Positions 8,628 through 21,191 of a stretch of 64,000 nt of DNA are shown here, piece after piece. The translations under genes and the position numbers were made by a program. Source of the stretch: Gammaproteobacteria bacterium (lineage in GTDB: Bacteria > Pseudomonadota > Gammaproteobacteria > Xanthomonadales > Marinicellaceae); NCBI GenBank assembly GCA_030430025.1, contig JAUIGR010000010.1:1797-65796 (forward strand). Reading direction: 5' to 3'. A model generated the notes under the pieces. The model did not search any database and had not been told where the DNA came from. It saw only the letters and a program-made list of their open reading frames with translations. Every line of letters begins with the position of its first letter. Position 1 is the stretch's first letter.

Positions 8628-9890
8628 ATGACATTAACTAAAAAAATTATCATTTTCATGATTGCAGGAGCTTTACTGGGCTTGCTCTTGAACTTAACCG
8701 AATGGAACCAAAATGCCTATATTGACACTTATTTGACAGGCGGGTTGTTTCATTTGGTGGGTCAGCTGTTCATCAAGTCGTTGAAAATGATGGTGGTACC
8801 TTTGGTGTTTGTTTCACTTTTTTGTGGCACCACGGCTTTGAGGGAACCATCTATGTTAGGTTCTTTGGGTGGCAAAACCTTGTTACTTTATCTATTCACG
8901 ACAGCAGTTGCGTTAATTTTAGCTCTGTCATTCGCTTTGATGGTTGGTGTCGGTACGGGGGCTGAAATTCCAACCACTTTAGAATATGCAGCTAAGGCTG
9001 ATAAACCATTGATAGATGTAATTTTAAACATCATTCCTGGCAATCCGGTGATGGCTATGGCTGAAGGGAATATGTTGGCTGTGATCGTTTTTGCTATTTT
9101 GTTGGGTTTCAGTGCTTCACAAGCCGGTGGTGCTGGAGCCAAAGTCATTGAATTTTTCCAAAGTTTCAATGAAGTGATCATGAAGCTAGTGATGTTGATT
9201 ATGCATTTTGCGCCTTATGCGGTGTTTGCTATTTTAACTCAAGTTTTTGCTCAACTAGGTATAGATGCCATTAATACATTAGCCGGTTATTTCTTTACTG
9301 TGCTTAGCTTGTTGGTGTTTCATGCGTTGGTGGTCTATCCCTTATTACTGAAGTTATTGGCTGGCATTTCTCCTGCTATGTTTTTACGGAAAATGGAAGC
9401 GGCCTGGTCATTTGCATTTGGAACGTCCAGTTCCAATGCCACTATTCCAGTAACGCTGAGAACAGTGACAGAGAGATTGGGCGTGAACAAATCAGTGGCC
9501 TCGTTCACTATTCCTTTTGGTGCCACTATAAATATGGATGGTACTGCCATCATGCAAGGCGTTGCTACTGTTTTCATTGCCCATGCTTATGGGGTTGATT
9601 TGACGACTTCGCAATTGTTAACTGTTGTGCTGATGGCAACCATTGCGTCGATAGGGTCGGCTGGTGTTCCCAGTGCAGGTTTAGTGATGTTGCAAGGTGT
9701 GTTGTTGCAAGTGGGCTTACCGGTTGAAGGTATTGCTATTATTTTAGGTATTGACCGTTTGCTTGATATGACCAGAACAGCGGTTAATATCACCGGTGAT
9801 GCCGCTGTGACTTGCATTGTTGCGAAATCTCAAGGGCAATGGAATGAAGATGTTTTTGCTGATCCTCATGCAGGTGAGATCAAAGATTAA
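8628..9890 (+). CDS. Dicarboxylate/amino acid:cation symporter (DAACS)
   Basis: AFGTSSSNAT, GATINMDGTA, GIDRLLDMTRTAVN. Confidence 0.93.
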   Translation: MTLTKKIIIFMIAGALLGLLLNLTEWNQNAYIDTYLTGGLFHLVGQLFIKSLKMMVVPLVFVSLFCGTTALREPSMLGSLGGKTLLLYLFTTAVALILALSFALMVGVGTGAEIPTTLEYAAKADKPLIDVILNIIPGNPVMAMAEGNMLAVIVFAILLGFSASQAGGAGAKVIEFFQSFNEVIMKLVMLIMHFAPYAVFAILTQVFAQLGIDAINTLAGYFFTVLSLLVFHALVVYPLLLKLLAGISPAMFLRKMEAAWSFAFGTSSSNATIPVTLRTVTERLGVNKSVASFTIPFGATINMDGTAIMQGVATVFIAHAYGVDLTTSQLLTVVLMATIASIGSAGVPSAGLVMLQGVLLQVGLPVEGIAIILGIDRLLDMTRTAVNITGDAAVTCIVAKSQGQWNEDVFADPHAGEIKD

Positions 9891-9935
9891 GCAGATTTCA
9901 TTCTTATTTGGCTTCTAACAAGCTTGGTATGGTTT

Positions 9936-11300
9936 TCATGATGGACAAATCATTTGGTAATACTTTTGAGCCACATTATCAAAGCCACCGTTGCTCATAA
10001 AAACAACGACATCACCAGATTTTTGATTGTGGTTTAATGCTTGCAGGATTTGACTGGTCGAAGGCAGCAATTTTACTTGTTTTGCTTTCAACTGATTAAC
10101 GACATCAGCATCCCATTTTATGGTCGGATCATGCATGATCATACAAACATTCGCTTCTGATACCGCATTGACTAACCCTTGGGCATGAACACCTGCTCGC
10201 ATCGAGTTACTTCTTGGTTCAATGACCACCACAATGCGTTGATTAGGATGTGTGGCTTTGGCTCCAGCTATGGTCGTTTCTATAGCTGTTGGGTGATGGG
10301 CAAAATCATCATAAACAGTGATGTTTTGTGCTGTTCCTATGTACTCCATGCGTCTCTTAACGCTTTTGAATTGGGATAAAGAATCGGCACTTTGTTCGAT
10401 GCTGATACCGGCTTTTTGTGCTGCCAGTATGGCGGCCAAGGCATTGAGCTGATTGTGTTGGCCAGGAATATTCCAGGTAATGGACACAATCCTTTGAGAA
10501 CCTTTATTGATGTGAAACTGTTGTGGATTCTTTGGGTTGGTGCTTATCCAGTAGTCGGCAGCTTGATTGGTGCCAAAGGTGACTACAGGTGTCCAAGATC
10601 CCATTGCTAGCACAGACTTTAAGTGTTTATCATCATGATTGACAACCAGCAGGCCGTTTTGGGGGATGGTACGTATTAGGTGATGGAATTGTTTTTTGAT
10701 ATCAGCCAGGTTATCAAAAATATCAGCATGGTCGAATTCCAGATTATTCAAAATGACAACGTTGCTATGGTAGTGAACAAATTTTGATCGCTTATCGAAA
10801 AATGCCGAATCATACTCATCGGCTTCGATAACAAAAATATTGCTGTCAGTGATTCTTGCGGATTGATTAAAGTGTTGACACACACCACCAATTAAGAAAC
10901 CTGGGTTAATGCCTTGGTCTTCGAAAATCCATGCCAACATCGATGATGTGGTTGTTTTCCCGTGCGTTCCTGCTACGGCATAGACGGTCTTATGTCTCAG
11001 TACCTGCTCACCTAGCCACTGAGGTCCTGACCAATAAGGCATGGTATGTTCAAGGACATATTCAGTGGCTTTCATACCGCGTGTCATGACGTTACCCACG
11101 ATAACCATATCTAAATCATCGCTGAGCGGTTCGGTATCATAACCATGATGTATTTTAATACCTAGTTGTTCGAGCTGAGTGCTCATCGGTGGATAGATGT
11201 TTTGGTCAGAACCAGTGATTTGATGACCCATTTGACGGCCAATAGCCGCGATACCGCCCATAAATGTACCGCAAATACCGAGAATGTGTATCTTAGACAT
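9936..11300 (-). CDS. mpl: Murein peptide ligase
   Basis: HILGICGTFMGG, VAGTHGKTTTSS, EADEYDSAFFDKRSKF, DDFAHHPTAI. Confidence 0.96.
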   Translation of the reverse strand: MSKIHILGICGTFMGGIAAIGRQMGHQITGSDQNIYPPMSTQLEQLGIKIHHGYDTEPLSDDLDMVIVGNVMTRGMKATEYVLEHTMPYWSGPQWLGEQVLRHKTVYAVAGTHGKTTTSSMLAWIFEDQGINPGFLIGGVCQHFNQSARITDSNIFVIEADEYDSAFFDKRSKFVHYHSNVVILNNLEFDHADIFDNLADIKKQFHHLIRTIPQNGLLVVNHDDKHLKSVLAMGSWTPVVTFGTNQAADYWISTNPKNPQQFHINKGSQRIVSITWNIPGQHNQLNALAAILAAQKAGISIEQSADSLSQFKSVKRRMEYIGTAQNITVYDDFAHHPTAIETTIAGAKATHPNQRIVVVIEPRSNSMRAGVHAQGLVNAVSEANVCMIMHDPTIKWDADVVNQLKAKQVKLLPSTSQILQALNHNQKSGDVVVFMSNGGFDNVAQKYYQMICPS

Positions 11301-11479
11301 CAGAAAAATAAAAGTCAGTTTAGCTCGAATATTTAATATGTAAACATAATTTCAAATAAATGAGAAGACTCCGTTGATAACTAAAGACCAGTGATTTGTT
11401 AAAAAAACATTGTTTTTTTTGACCTTTTCCCGACAAAAATTTCGATGGTTGTGATAATTAGTAGAAAAAACATCGACTC

Positions 11480-12785
11480 ATGAACAAATACATATTCGCT
11501 TTATCTATATTTTTCTCTCATACAGTAACAGCGATAACCTTTGAAGGATCAGGTTTTGGTGAGATTCCAGATGGTCCTGGCGCTTGTGGTAATTTAGGAG
11601 ACCCATTGGCTATTAGTTTTGATGTCACAGATGTCAGTGAAGTCAATAGATTAGGGTTAGGTATAGATATCGAACACGACTGGATGGGTGATTTGATTGT
11701 CGAATTGGAAGCACCTGACCTTACTCGCCATACTGTTTGGTCAAACAGGTGCACTAGAGGGAGAGTGCGGTGGAGATAATAGTGATCTCAATGGATATTA
11801 TTATTTTACCGATGAGGCCTCCGAATACTTATTGAATCACTGGTGGATCGTGGCTGCCAATTTGGACCATGATGAAACATTACCAACAGCTTCCTATCGA
11901 ACCACTTCGATGGGAGGAGAAGTTGATGCAGGATTTCAGACTTCAATGAATGAGGCCTTCAGTAATGTGACAGAGCCTAATGGCACCTGGACACTGTATG
12001 TTTATGATAATTGGAAGGTTGTAAGTGGCTATGTCAGTGATGCCTCCTTAACCTTTAACCCTGTTGTTGGTCAAATCAACGATGGCGAGGCTACCTTCGT
12101 AATAGGATACAATGACGGTTATGGAAGCAGCCTGATAATTGATATAGAGTACTTATCCTATATGGGTTGGTCTTATCGACTCGATATTGACACCCAAGAA
12201 TATCTTTTTCCGAAAGCAGATTATGCTATTTATGATGAGGATACTGTGACCATTACCTGGTTAGATGTCGATGACAAAGGTTTCAGAGCCGATTTGACTC
12301 ATGTGATTGATCAAACGGGCCTTGAAGCTGATCAGGCGATTTTAACCAGCACCATGAAAATCACTAATTTAAATGCTGCTGATATCGATATCAGTTTGTT
12401 TAGTTTAGCTGACTTTGATGTTAATGGAATTAATGATGATATGGGTCAATTGGTTAATGATAATATCAGTCACATCAGGCAAACAGATGGTCCTTATCAG
12501 GTAGAGTTTCGAGCAGGCGGTAATGAAAACTATCAAATAGGAAATTACGAATCCGTTGGTTTTCCACTGGTCGGTATTGATGGTGACATTGATGATTTAC
12601 CCAATGGTGAAAATGGTTATGGACCTGATAATATAGCAACAGCTTTTCAATGGTTCAGTGGTCCTTTATCTGCTGATTCCAGTTATCAGGTACAAACCAC
12701 GGTCGCTGTCGGTGGTATCACCGCACCGGAACCAGCTGACCCCGTTAATTCATCAGATCTGATATTTGCTGACGGCTTTGATTAA
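11480..12785 (+). pseudogene. Secreted proprotein-convertase P-domain protein with DLIFADGFD tail, split by a frameshift
   Basis: ORFs 11480-11779 and 11697-12785 join at ~11735 (ELEAPDLTRHT / FGQTGALEG; +1 frame change). P-domain motifs IEHDWMGDLIVEL and NGTWTLYVYDNW lie on either side of the break. Confidence 0.75.
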
Positions 12786-12803
12786 CAATAGATGAATTCA
12801 TTC

Positions 12804-12833
12804 ACACCTCGAATGGAAGTTTGGGGTGTTTTC
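12804..12833 (+). terminator. Probable intrinsic terminator
   Basis: ACACCTCGAA-TGGAAG-TTTGGGGTGT followed by TTT, 18 nt after the stop. Confidence 0.55.
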
Positions 12834-13002
12834 AATCATTGATACAACAGCCATTGGTCAGTGTTAATGGTTTAGTCCGTTATACTAAAGGGCATCTTTT
12901 CTGCAAGAGGTGCCTTAAAGTGAATCACAAATAGGAAATTACTGTGATTCGTTGGTATTATCGCTATAATGTCCGGCTTGCGAACAAAACAGAACAATTA
13001 AT

Positions 13003-13782
13003 TTGATTATTACAAGCTTACGGCTGGTATGCCGAGTGATTGCATTTTTGTTGGCGCTGATCTTCGTTCTACCATTTGTGGTGGTTGGTATTATAATGGC
13101 CAAGTTGTTGAAGTTGAAGCGTTTGAATGAGTGGTTGCTTGTTCACTGGTCGCGCCTGTTATTGGGTGTATGCGGTCTATCAATTAATATTCATGGCACA
13201 TTACCCGAGCATCCTATCTTTATTGTGGCCAATCATGTTTCATGGTTAGACATCCCAGTTATTCACAGCTTAACTTTGGCAGGTTTTGTTGGGAAAAGTG
13301 AAATCAAATACTGGCCGCTGTTAGGTTGGTTGGCGATGTTGGGTGATACCATTTTCATTGAAAGGGGTAATCACAATTCAAGAAAAATGGTCATTGCCTC
13401 ATTGATCAAACGGCTACAATGTAACCGTTCGGTCGCTGTCTTTCCTGAGGGACGTGTGACTGATGGCAGTGATTTGGGTCGATTCCATAGACAGTTGTTG
13501 AGAGCTGCTGCAGAAACTCAAACACCAGTCGTTCCAATAGCCATTAAGTTTACTAATAAACAAGGGGTGAGGAATGGTCAAATGGGTTTCATCGACAACG
13601 AATGGTTCATTACCCATGTTTGTCGTTTGCTGACTTTACCCAGTTCTCGTGTTGACATTTATTGTGGTGACGGTATTTTGGATAGGGACGGGAACATCAG
13701 ATCAGTTACTGCACAAGCCAGACATTTCATTGCACAAAAGTTATCGGAAGATGATTATTTGCCAGCCGCCGATTTGGCCTAA
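13003..13782 (+). CDS. Lysophospholipid acyltransferase (PlsC/OlsA family)
   Basis: NHVSWLD, FIERG, VFPEGRVT. Confidence 0.9.
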   Translation: MIITSLRLVCRVIAFLLALIFVLPFVVVGIIMAKLLKLKRLNEWLLVHWSRLLLGVCGLSINIHGTLPEHPIFIVANHVSWLDIPVIHSLTLAGFVGKSEIKYWPLLGWLAMLGDTIFIERGNHNSRKMVIASLIKRLQCNRSVAVFPEGRVTDGSDLGRFHRQLLRAAAETQTPVVPIAIKFTNKQGVRNGQMGFIDNEWFITHVCRLLTLPSSRVDIYCGDGILDRDGNIRSVTAQARHFIAQKLSEDDYLPAADLA

Positions 13783-14698
13783 AAATCCACATATTCAATC
13801 TTTTCTGGCTTCAAGTAGGCTGCGATTGAGACTGCTGCCCAAGGAACCTCGTTTTATTAAACAAGCACAACAGCTCATTATAGACACTGAGCTAGTGATG
13901 CTCGAAGGAGTGTATTCACCTAATCAGGGCAGTCAATTGGTGATCATTCTACATGGTTGGGAAGGCAGTGCAGATTCCACTTATGTGCAACTGTTAGCTC
14001 ATCGACTTTATGAAGCAGGTTGTTCGGTTTTGCGTCTGAATATGCGAGATCACGGCGGTACTCATCATATGAATGAAGCGTTGTTTCACTCTTGCCGGAT
14101 TGAAGAGATGGTTATGGCGCTGGATTGGATTGTTGATCGATTCGAATATCAGGACATCAGTTTGTGCGGTTTTTCTTTAGGAGGTAATTTTGCCTTGCGA
14201 ATGGCTGCTTATACTGAAAAAAAGCTGAGTAATGTGTTTGCTATTTCTCCACCAATCAATCCCCACAATGCGATGTTGGCCATTCAAAACACCAGGATTT
14301 ATCATGCTTATTTTATGAAGAAGTGGCGGCGATCCTTGCAATTGAAGCAAGATCATTTCCCTCACTTGTTTGAGGGGCATGATTGGCAACAGGAATCATC
14401 TCTGGCCGATTTGACTGCAGATTTTGTTGTCAGACATACCGATTACCCAAAAGCAGAAGATTATTTTGCTGGTTATCGCATCACACCAAAAATCATCCAA
14501 AACATCGATACGGATGCTCAAATCATCAGTTCTTGGGATGATCCTGTGATTCCTTTCACGGATTTGAGTACAATAGACCGTTTACCGCAAGTTAAAATAG
14601 TGGGCACACCACATGGGGGTCATTGTGGATTTATCCAAGGGTTGTCACTGCACTCTTGGGTAGAGGCGCACATTGTTAAAGAGGTATGTCATGAGTGA
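13751..14698 (+). CDS. YheT-like alpha/beta hydrolase
   Basis: Likely ATG at 13751; LHGWEGS, GFSLGGN nucleophile elbow, DDPVIP, GGHCGF. Confidence 0.85.
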   Translation: MIICQPPIWPKNPHIQSFLASSRLRLRLLPKEPRFIKQAQQLIIDTELVMLEGVYSPNQGSQLVIILHGWEGSADSTYVQLLAHRLYEAGCSVLRLNMRDHGGTHHMNEALFHSCRIEEMVMALDWIVDRFEYQDISLCGFSLGGNFALRMAAYTEKKLSNVFAISPPINPHNAMLAIQNTRIYHAYFMKKWRRSLQLKQDHFPHLFEGHDWQQESSLADLTADFVVRHTDYPKAEDYFAGYRITPKIIQNIDTDAQIISSWDDPVIPFTDLSTIDRLPQVKIVGTPHGGHCGFIQGLSLHSWVEAHIVKEVCHE

Positions 14699-16685
14699 AT
14701 TGGAACGTTATAAGGAATTACACAAGAAAGGACAGTTTAAGGAGGCCATTAAAGGTTACCAGGAATTGTTAAAAACAGATAAAAACAATGAAGATCTTCA
14801 TTTTTCTTTGGCGCATGCTTTGGCTAAAGAACATCAGCTAGAAGATGCTTTACAACATGTCAATTCGGCACTGGGTATGGCGCCACATGCTGAACGTTAT
14901 CTCCAATTCAAGGGACAATTACTTTTGGGACTGAACCAGCTGGAGTTAGCCGTAAAAGCGTTTCAGGCGTCGATAAAAGAAAACCCCAATCTTTTTTACT
15001 CTTATTTGGCCTTAGGTGACATTTATACCATTTGGCAACAGCCAGAGAAGGCTGAAAAACAGTTCCAGTTGGCTTTAAAAGTTTATGAAAATGCATTGCC
15101 TGCTATCATCAAGATGGCTCGGCTCGACTTGATGATGGGTTACTATGAGAAGGCTTTTGATCGTTTGCAAGAAGCTGAATTACAGTATCCGAATGATCTC
15201 GAATTGAAATTGCAGTTAGGCATAGTTAAGTTAGAGACACATGAAGATGCTTTAGCAGAGTTGTATTTTCGTCAAATACTCAAACAGCAACCATCTCATT
15301 TGATCGCACAGGCTTATTTGTCACTAAGTTTAGCGGCTTCAGATCAACAACAGGCTGCTCAGATTGTTACTCAATTAACACAGCAGCAAACCAAAATTCC
15401 AGAAGTGATGGTGGCTATGGGTATGCTTTATCATCATACCAATCGACACCGTCAAGCTTTAACATTTTTAGAGCCAGTGGCGCGTTCTGGTATTGCCATG
15501 CCCAGCTGGATTATGGCCTATGCGAAATCGCTGGCCATGGCGGGTGAATTAGATGCAGCGATTAAATGTCTGAAATCTCAATTACAAATAGGCGACAATC
15601 CACAGGTACTATTATTGCTTGGACAATTATATCAAAGCAATAAAGACTACGAAAAAGCCATACAAACTTATACAAAAATCAAGTCAGATTGGTCACATTA
15701 CGACCAAGCATGTATCAAGCTGGCTGAGGTTTTTTATCAAAAGCAAGCCTATGAAGATAGCTTGCAAGAGGCAGAAAATTTAATCAAAAAAGACCCTAAT
15801 CATCCATCGGCATTGAAACTGGCTGTTCATAATATGAGTCAACTCAATCGCTTTGAACAAGCAGTGGCACTGATCGAAGGTATTGATAAGGATAAACACA
15901 GTAAACAGTTCACTCGACAGATGGGTTTTTTGAGTGGTTTATTACATGATGCACTGGGACATTATGATGTCGCTTGGGGGTTGTTTCAGCAGCTTAAGTA
16001 TGCTGAAAAAACGCCACTGGAAACGTTAACGGCAGAACAGGAAAAGCAGATTGCAGCATGGCCAAAGGAAGAAGCGACTTCTGATATTGTTTTTTTGTTT
16101 TCTGATGCGGCGACAGGGCACCATGATTTTGTCGAGTGGCTGTTGAAGAACAATCATAGTGTGCTACTGGATCGGTTTTCTAGTGAACCAAGAAGTGACG
16201 TATTTGATATTGTGCGGTCGTTTGATGAACTTTCTGGATTTGATGAAACTCAAGTTCATTTATTGAGGAAAAAATATTTAACGCGTGTACGTACAATGGT
16301 GAAATCAGGCTCTGACAAGATCATTGATTGTTTGCCTTTTTCAATGGCACATGCGGCCATTGCGAAGAAAGTTTTTCCAGGTGTTCCAGTGATTGTTTTG
16401 ACACGCAATTTTGCTGATTTTCGATTGCACAATCATGTTTTTGGGACCGACCAAGTTCATTTCTCACAATTCACCTCTGTTCTCAATCAAGTCATAGCTA
16501 TGGGGCTAAATCTGACCGTCGTAGATATTGATGAATGGAAGAAAAATGAAGCGACCATAATGGATAAACTCAGAGAACTCCTAGGTGATGATATCAAACC
16601 ATATCAACACATGACTCGATCACCATTGGAACAATTGATATTGCCTTATATGCACTGGAAAAACTATAAGGAGTTGATGAACTGA
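14691..16685 (+). CDS. TPR-repeat protein with degenerate sulfotransferase-like C-terminal domain
   Basis: ATG 14691 with GAGG RBS; many TPR-type helices; C-terminal IVFLFSD, IVLTRN, HWKNY. Confidence 0.75.
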   Translation: MSELERYKELHKKGQFKEAIKGYQELLKTDKNNEDLHFSLAHALAKEHQLEDALQHVNSALGMAPHAERYLQFKGQLLLGLNQLELAVKAFQASIKENPNLFYSYLALGDIYTIWQQPEKAEKQFQLALKVYENALPAIIKMARLDLMMGYYEKAFDRLQEAELQYPNDLELKLQLGIVKLETHEDALAELYFRQILKQQPSHLIAQAYLSLSLAASDQQQAAQIVTQLTQQQTKIPEVMVAMGMLYHHTNRHRQALTFLEPVARSGIAMPSWIMAYAKSLAMAGELDAAIKCLKSQLQIGDNPQVLLLLGQLYQSNKDYEKAIQTYTKIKSDWSHYDQACIKLAEVFYQKQAYEDSLQEAENLIKKDPNHPSALKLAVHNMSQLNRFEQAVALIEGIDKDKHSKQFTRQMGFLSGLLHDALGHYDVAWGLFQQLKYAEKTPLETLTAEQEKQIAAWPKEEATSDIVFLFSDAATGHHDFVEWLLKNNHSVLLDRFSSEPRSDVFDIVRSFDELSGFDETQVHLLRKKYLTRVRTMVKSGSDKIIDCLPFSMAHAAIAKKVFPGVPVIVLTRNFADFRLHNHVFGTDQVHFSQFTSVLNQVIAMGLNLTVVDIDEWKKNEATIMDKLRELLGDDIKPYQHMTRSPLEQLILPYMHWKNYKELMN

Positions 16686-17433
16686 TGATTGAAATAGTGC
16701 AAGCTTTGAGTTTGGCCCTGATACAAGGCTTGACTGAATTTTTGCCAATTTCATCTTCTGCTCATTTGATTTTACTGTCTCAATTTGCTGGTTGGTCAGA
16801 CCAAGGAGTTGTTTTAGACATTGCTGCTCATGTGGGTACTCTATTTGCGGTAGTTTGGTATTTTCGTGCCCATCTCATGAAGTTAATTAAGGGAGAGGAC
16901 CGTCATATGCTGGCCTATATTGTGGTTTCAGCCGTTCCTTTGGGTATCTGCGGGCTATTATTTGCTGGTTTAATAGAGTTCCACCTCCGTTCAGCTACAG
17001 TTATTGCAGCGGCTTCTGTTTTTTTTGGTATTGCTTTGTGGTGGTCCCAACGCCACGCAGCGTCAAAGGATTTATCTTGGCGAGTGGTTGTTTACATGTC
17101 TGTTGCACAATGTTTGGCGCTGATTCCTGGCGCATCTCGTTCCGGGGTTACCATGACTGCAGGAATGTGGGCTGGGTTAGCCAAAAGTCAGGCAGCCAGT
17201 TTTTCATTTCTGATGGCGATACCTGCTATTGGTATGACTGCACTTTATGGGTTCATTAAAATAGTGAAACAACCTGAAGCAGTGGCTTGGATGCCATTGT
17301 TAATAGTAGTATTTGGAAGTTTCATTGCTGCTTATGTTTGTATACATTTTTTCATGAAGTGGATTGAACGAATAGACTTTGTTTGGTTTATGCACTATCG
17401 CTGGATTCTTGCTGTTCTGATTTGGGTGGCTTT

Positions 17434-17437
<4 letters not shown>
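16685..17437 (+). CDS. uppP: Undecaprenyl-diphosphate phosphatase
   Basis: QGLTEFLPISSSAHL, ALIPGASRSGVT, SFSFLMAIP. Confidence 0.95.
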
Positions 17438-19328
<1,891 letters not shown>

Positions 19329-19366
19329 TATAGTAAAATGGGGTGTTTAAAGTGGCATTATAACTG

Positions 19367-19573
19367 ATGCTAAAAATGAAAACACAATGTCAATGCTGTG
19401 AAAAAAACTTATCTGATGATATGTTGGCTTTTGTTTGTAGTTATGAGTGTACATTCTGTGATATCTGTGCAGAAACGCTACGGTTTATTTGTCCTAACTG
19501 TAATGGTGAGCTAATTAGAAGAGCAAGTAGTTTGGATTGTGTGGTATCGAATGGAAAAGTTAGGAAAGAGTAA
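19367..19573 (+). CDS. DUF1272 Cys-rich protein
   Basis: CQCCEK ... CSYECTFCDIC ... CPNCNGEL. Confidence 0.85.
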   Translation: MLKMKTQCQCCEKNLSDDMLAFVCSYECTFCDICAETLRFICPNCNGELIRRASSLDCVVSNGKVRKE

Positions 19574-19575
19574 AT

Positions 19576-20412
19576 ATGGGTAATATATTGTGGTTAGCCT
19601 CCTATCCAAAATCAGGCAATACATGGCTTCGAGTTTTCATTGAAAACTATTTGGTCAACGGTGCTAAACCAGTTGATATTAACTCCATTCATCAAAGATC
19701 CATCGACGAAGTCAAGGCTTTTCGTTATCAACCTTATGTAGGCGATGGTCAAACGACCATGGCTCTGAGTACCGAAGCATTATGTGCTATCAGGCCACGG
19801 GTTCATGCTGATATTGCGGCACAGGCGCAGGGTACAGTATTTGTTAAAAGCCACAATTTTCAGGGTGAGTTCAAAGGATATCCTTTGCACAACTGGCAAG
19901 TCTCATCAGGTGCTATTTATGTGGTCAGAAATCCGCTCGATGTGGCGGTATCAATGGCCGCTTATTTTAATCGAAGTATTGATGAAACGATTGAATATAT
20001 GGCAGAAGATATGACTGGCACTCCTAACGAACCGGAAAATGTGCCTCAAATCATCACGTCCTGGTCTTTACATGTTAAAAGTTGGACAGAAAACGAAGAT
20101 GAGCGGAATAAGTTGGTATTGCGTTATGAGGATATGTTAGAAAATCCTCGTAAGTCTTTTCGTAAAGTCGAGTCACTGCTGGGTTTAAAACGCAATCCGT
20201 CTCGTTTAATGAAAGCCATTAGACATGCGTCATTCAGACAAATGCAAGCACAGGAACGAGGCAAGGGTTTTGTTGAAAAACATGAAGATGCAGGCTATTT
20301 TTTTCGCAGAGGATCTCAGGGTCAATGGCGTGAGGTGTTAAGTGATTCTCAAGTACAAAAAATTGTTGATACTCATCAGCAACAAATGGCAAGGTTTAAA
20401 TACTTGCCTTAA
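19576..20412 (+). CDS. Sulfotransferase domain protein
   Basis: ASYPKSGNTW (5'-PSB), VRNPLDVAVS (3'-PB), LRYEDM, FFRRG. Confidence 0.92.
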   Translation: MGNILWLASYPKSGNTWLRVFIENYLVNGAKPVDINSIHQRSIDEVKAFRYQPYVGDGQTTMALSTEALCAIRPRVHADIAAQAQGTVFVKSHNFQGEFKGYPLHNWQVSSGAIYVVRNPLDVAVSMAAYFNRSIDETIEYMAEDMTGTPNEPENVPQIITSWSLHVKSWTENEDERNKLVLRYEDMLENPRKSFRKVESLLGLKRNPSRLMKAIRHASFRQMQAQERGKGFVEKHEDAGYFFRRGSQGQWREVLSDSQVQKIVDTHQQQMARFKYLP

Positions 20413-20477
20413 TACCAATTGGTTGAGAGCAGGTTGAACGAGCACACAGTGGTTGGGCCGAGTGAGCATTGTAACAA

Positions 20478-21191
20478 CTAATCAGACAAATTAGCTTTGA
20501 TTGACTGAATGTCCTTGTGGCGAATGTCTTTCCCTTTTGCTAGATAGATGGTGTATTCACAAATGTTCTTGGCATGATCTCCAATTCGTTCCAAGGCTTT
20601 GGCACAGTGTGATAAAAGAAATAGTGATTTGAGTTCAGATGGAGTTTTGATCATTTGATTAATTATTTTGTCATTCAACTGCAAAAAATGGGCATTAATT
20701 ATTTGATCTTTTTCTACCAAATCAATGGCTTGATCGGTATCTAGTTTAGCCAGTGCATTTAAAGCGGCTGACAGTACACCCAAAACTTTCTGCCCCAGGT
20801 GATCTAATTCATGGTAAAAAGGGCTTTGATAGTCTATTAACGATAACTCTCCGACAATATAAGCAATTTTTTCGGCTTGATCACCAATGCGTTCTAGGTC
20901 TGTGATGCTCTTTATCACTGAAATAATCAGTCTTAAATCACTCGCTTTAGGTTGTCGTTCGGCAATGATTCGGGTACATTCGCTGTCTAGTTCAATCTCC
21001 ATTTCATCAATGGCATCACCTTTAGCTAACACATCATTGGCTAGCTCCTTAGATTTGTCTTTAAGGCTGAGGATTGTCTTTCTTAATTGGTTTTCAACCA
21101 TGCCTCCCATTTTTAAGAGAAGGTTGCGGACATCCTCAAAATCATGGTTAAAAACCTTTCTGTCTTGTTGATCAAATTCTAAATGTTCCAT
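20478..21191 (-). CDS. phoU: Phosphate transport system regulator
   Basis: MGGMVE, RQPKASDLR, DLERIGD, LERIGDHAKNI. Confidence 0.96.
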   Translation of the reverse strand: MEHLEFDQQDRKVFNHDFEDVRNLLLKMGGMVENQLRKTILSLKDKSKELANDVLAKGDAIDEMEIELDSECTRIIAERQPKASDLRLIISVIKSITDLERIGDQAEKIAYIVGELSLIDYQSPFYHELDHLGQKVLGVLSAALNALAKLDTDQAIDLVEKDQIINAHFLQLNDKIINQMIKTPSELKSLFLLSHCAKALERIGDHAKNICEYTIYLAKGKDIRHKDIQSIKANLSD

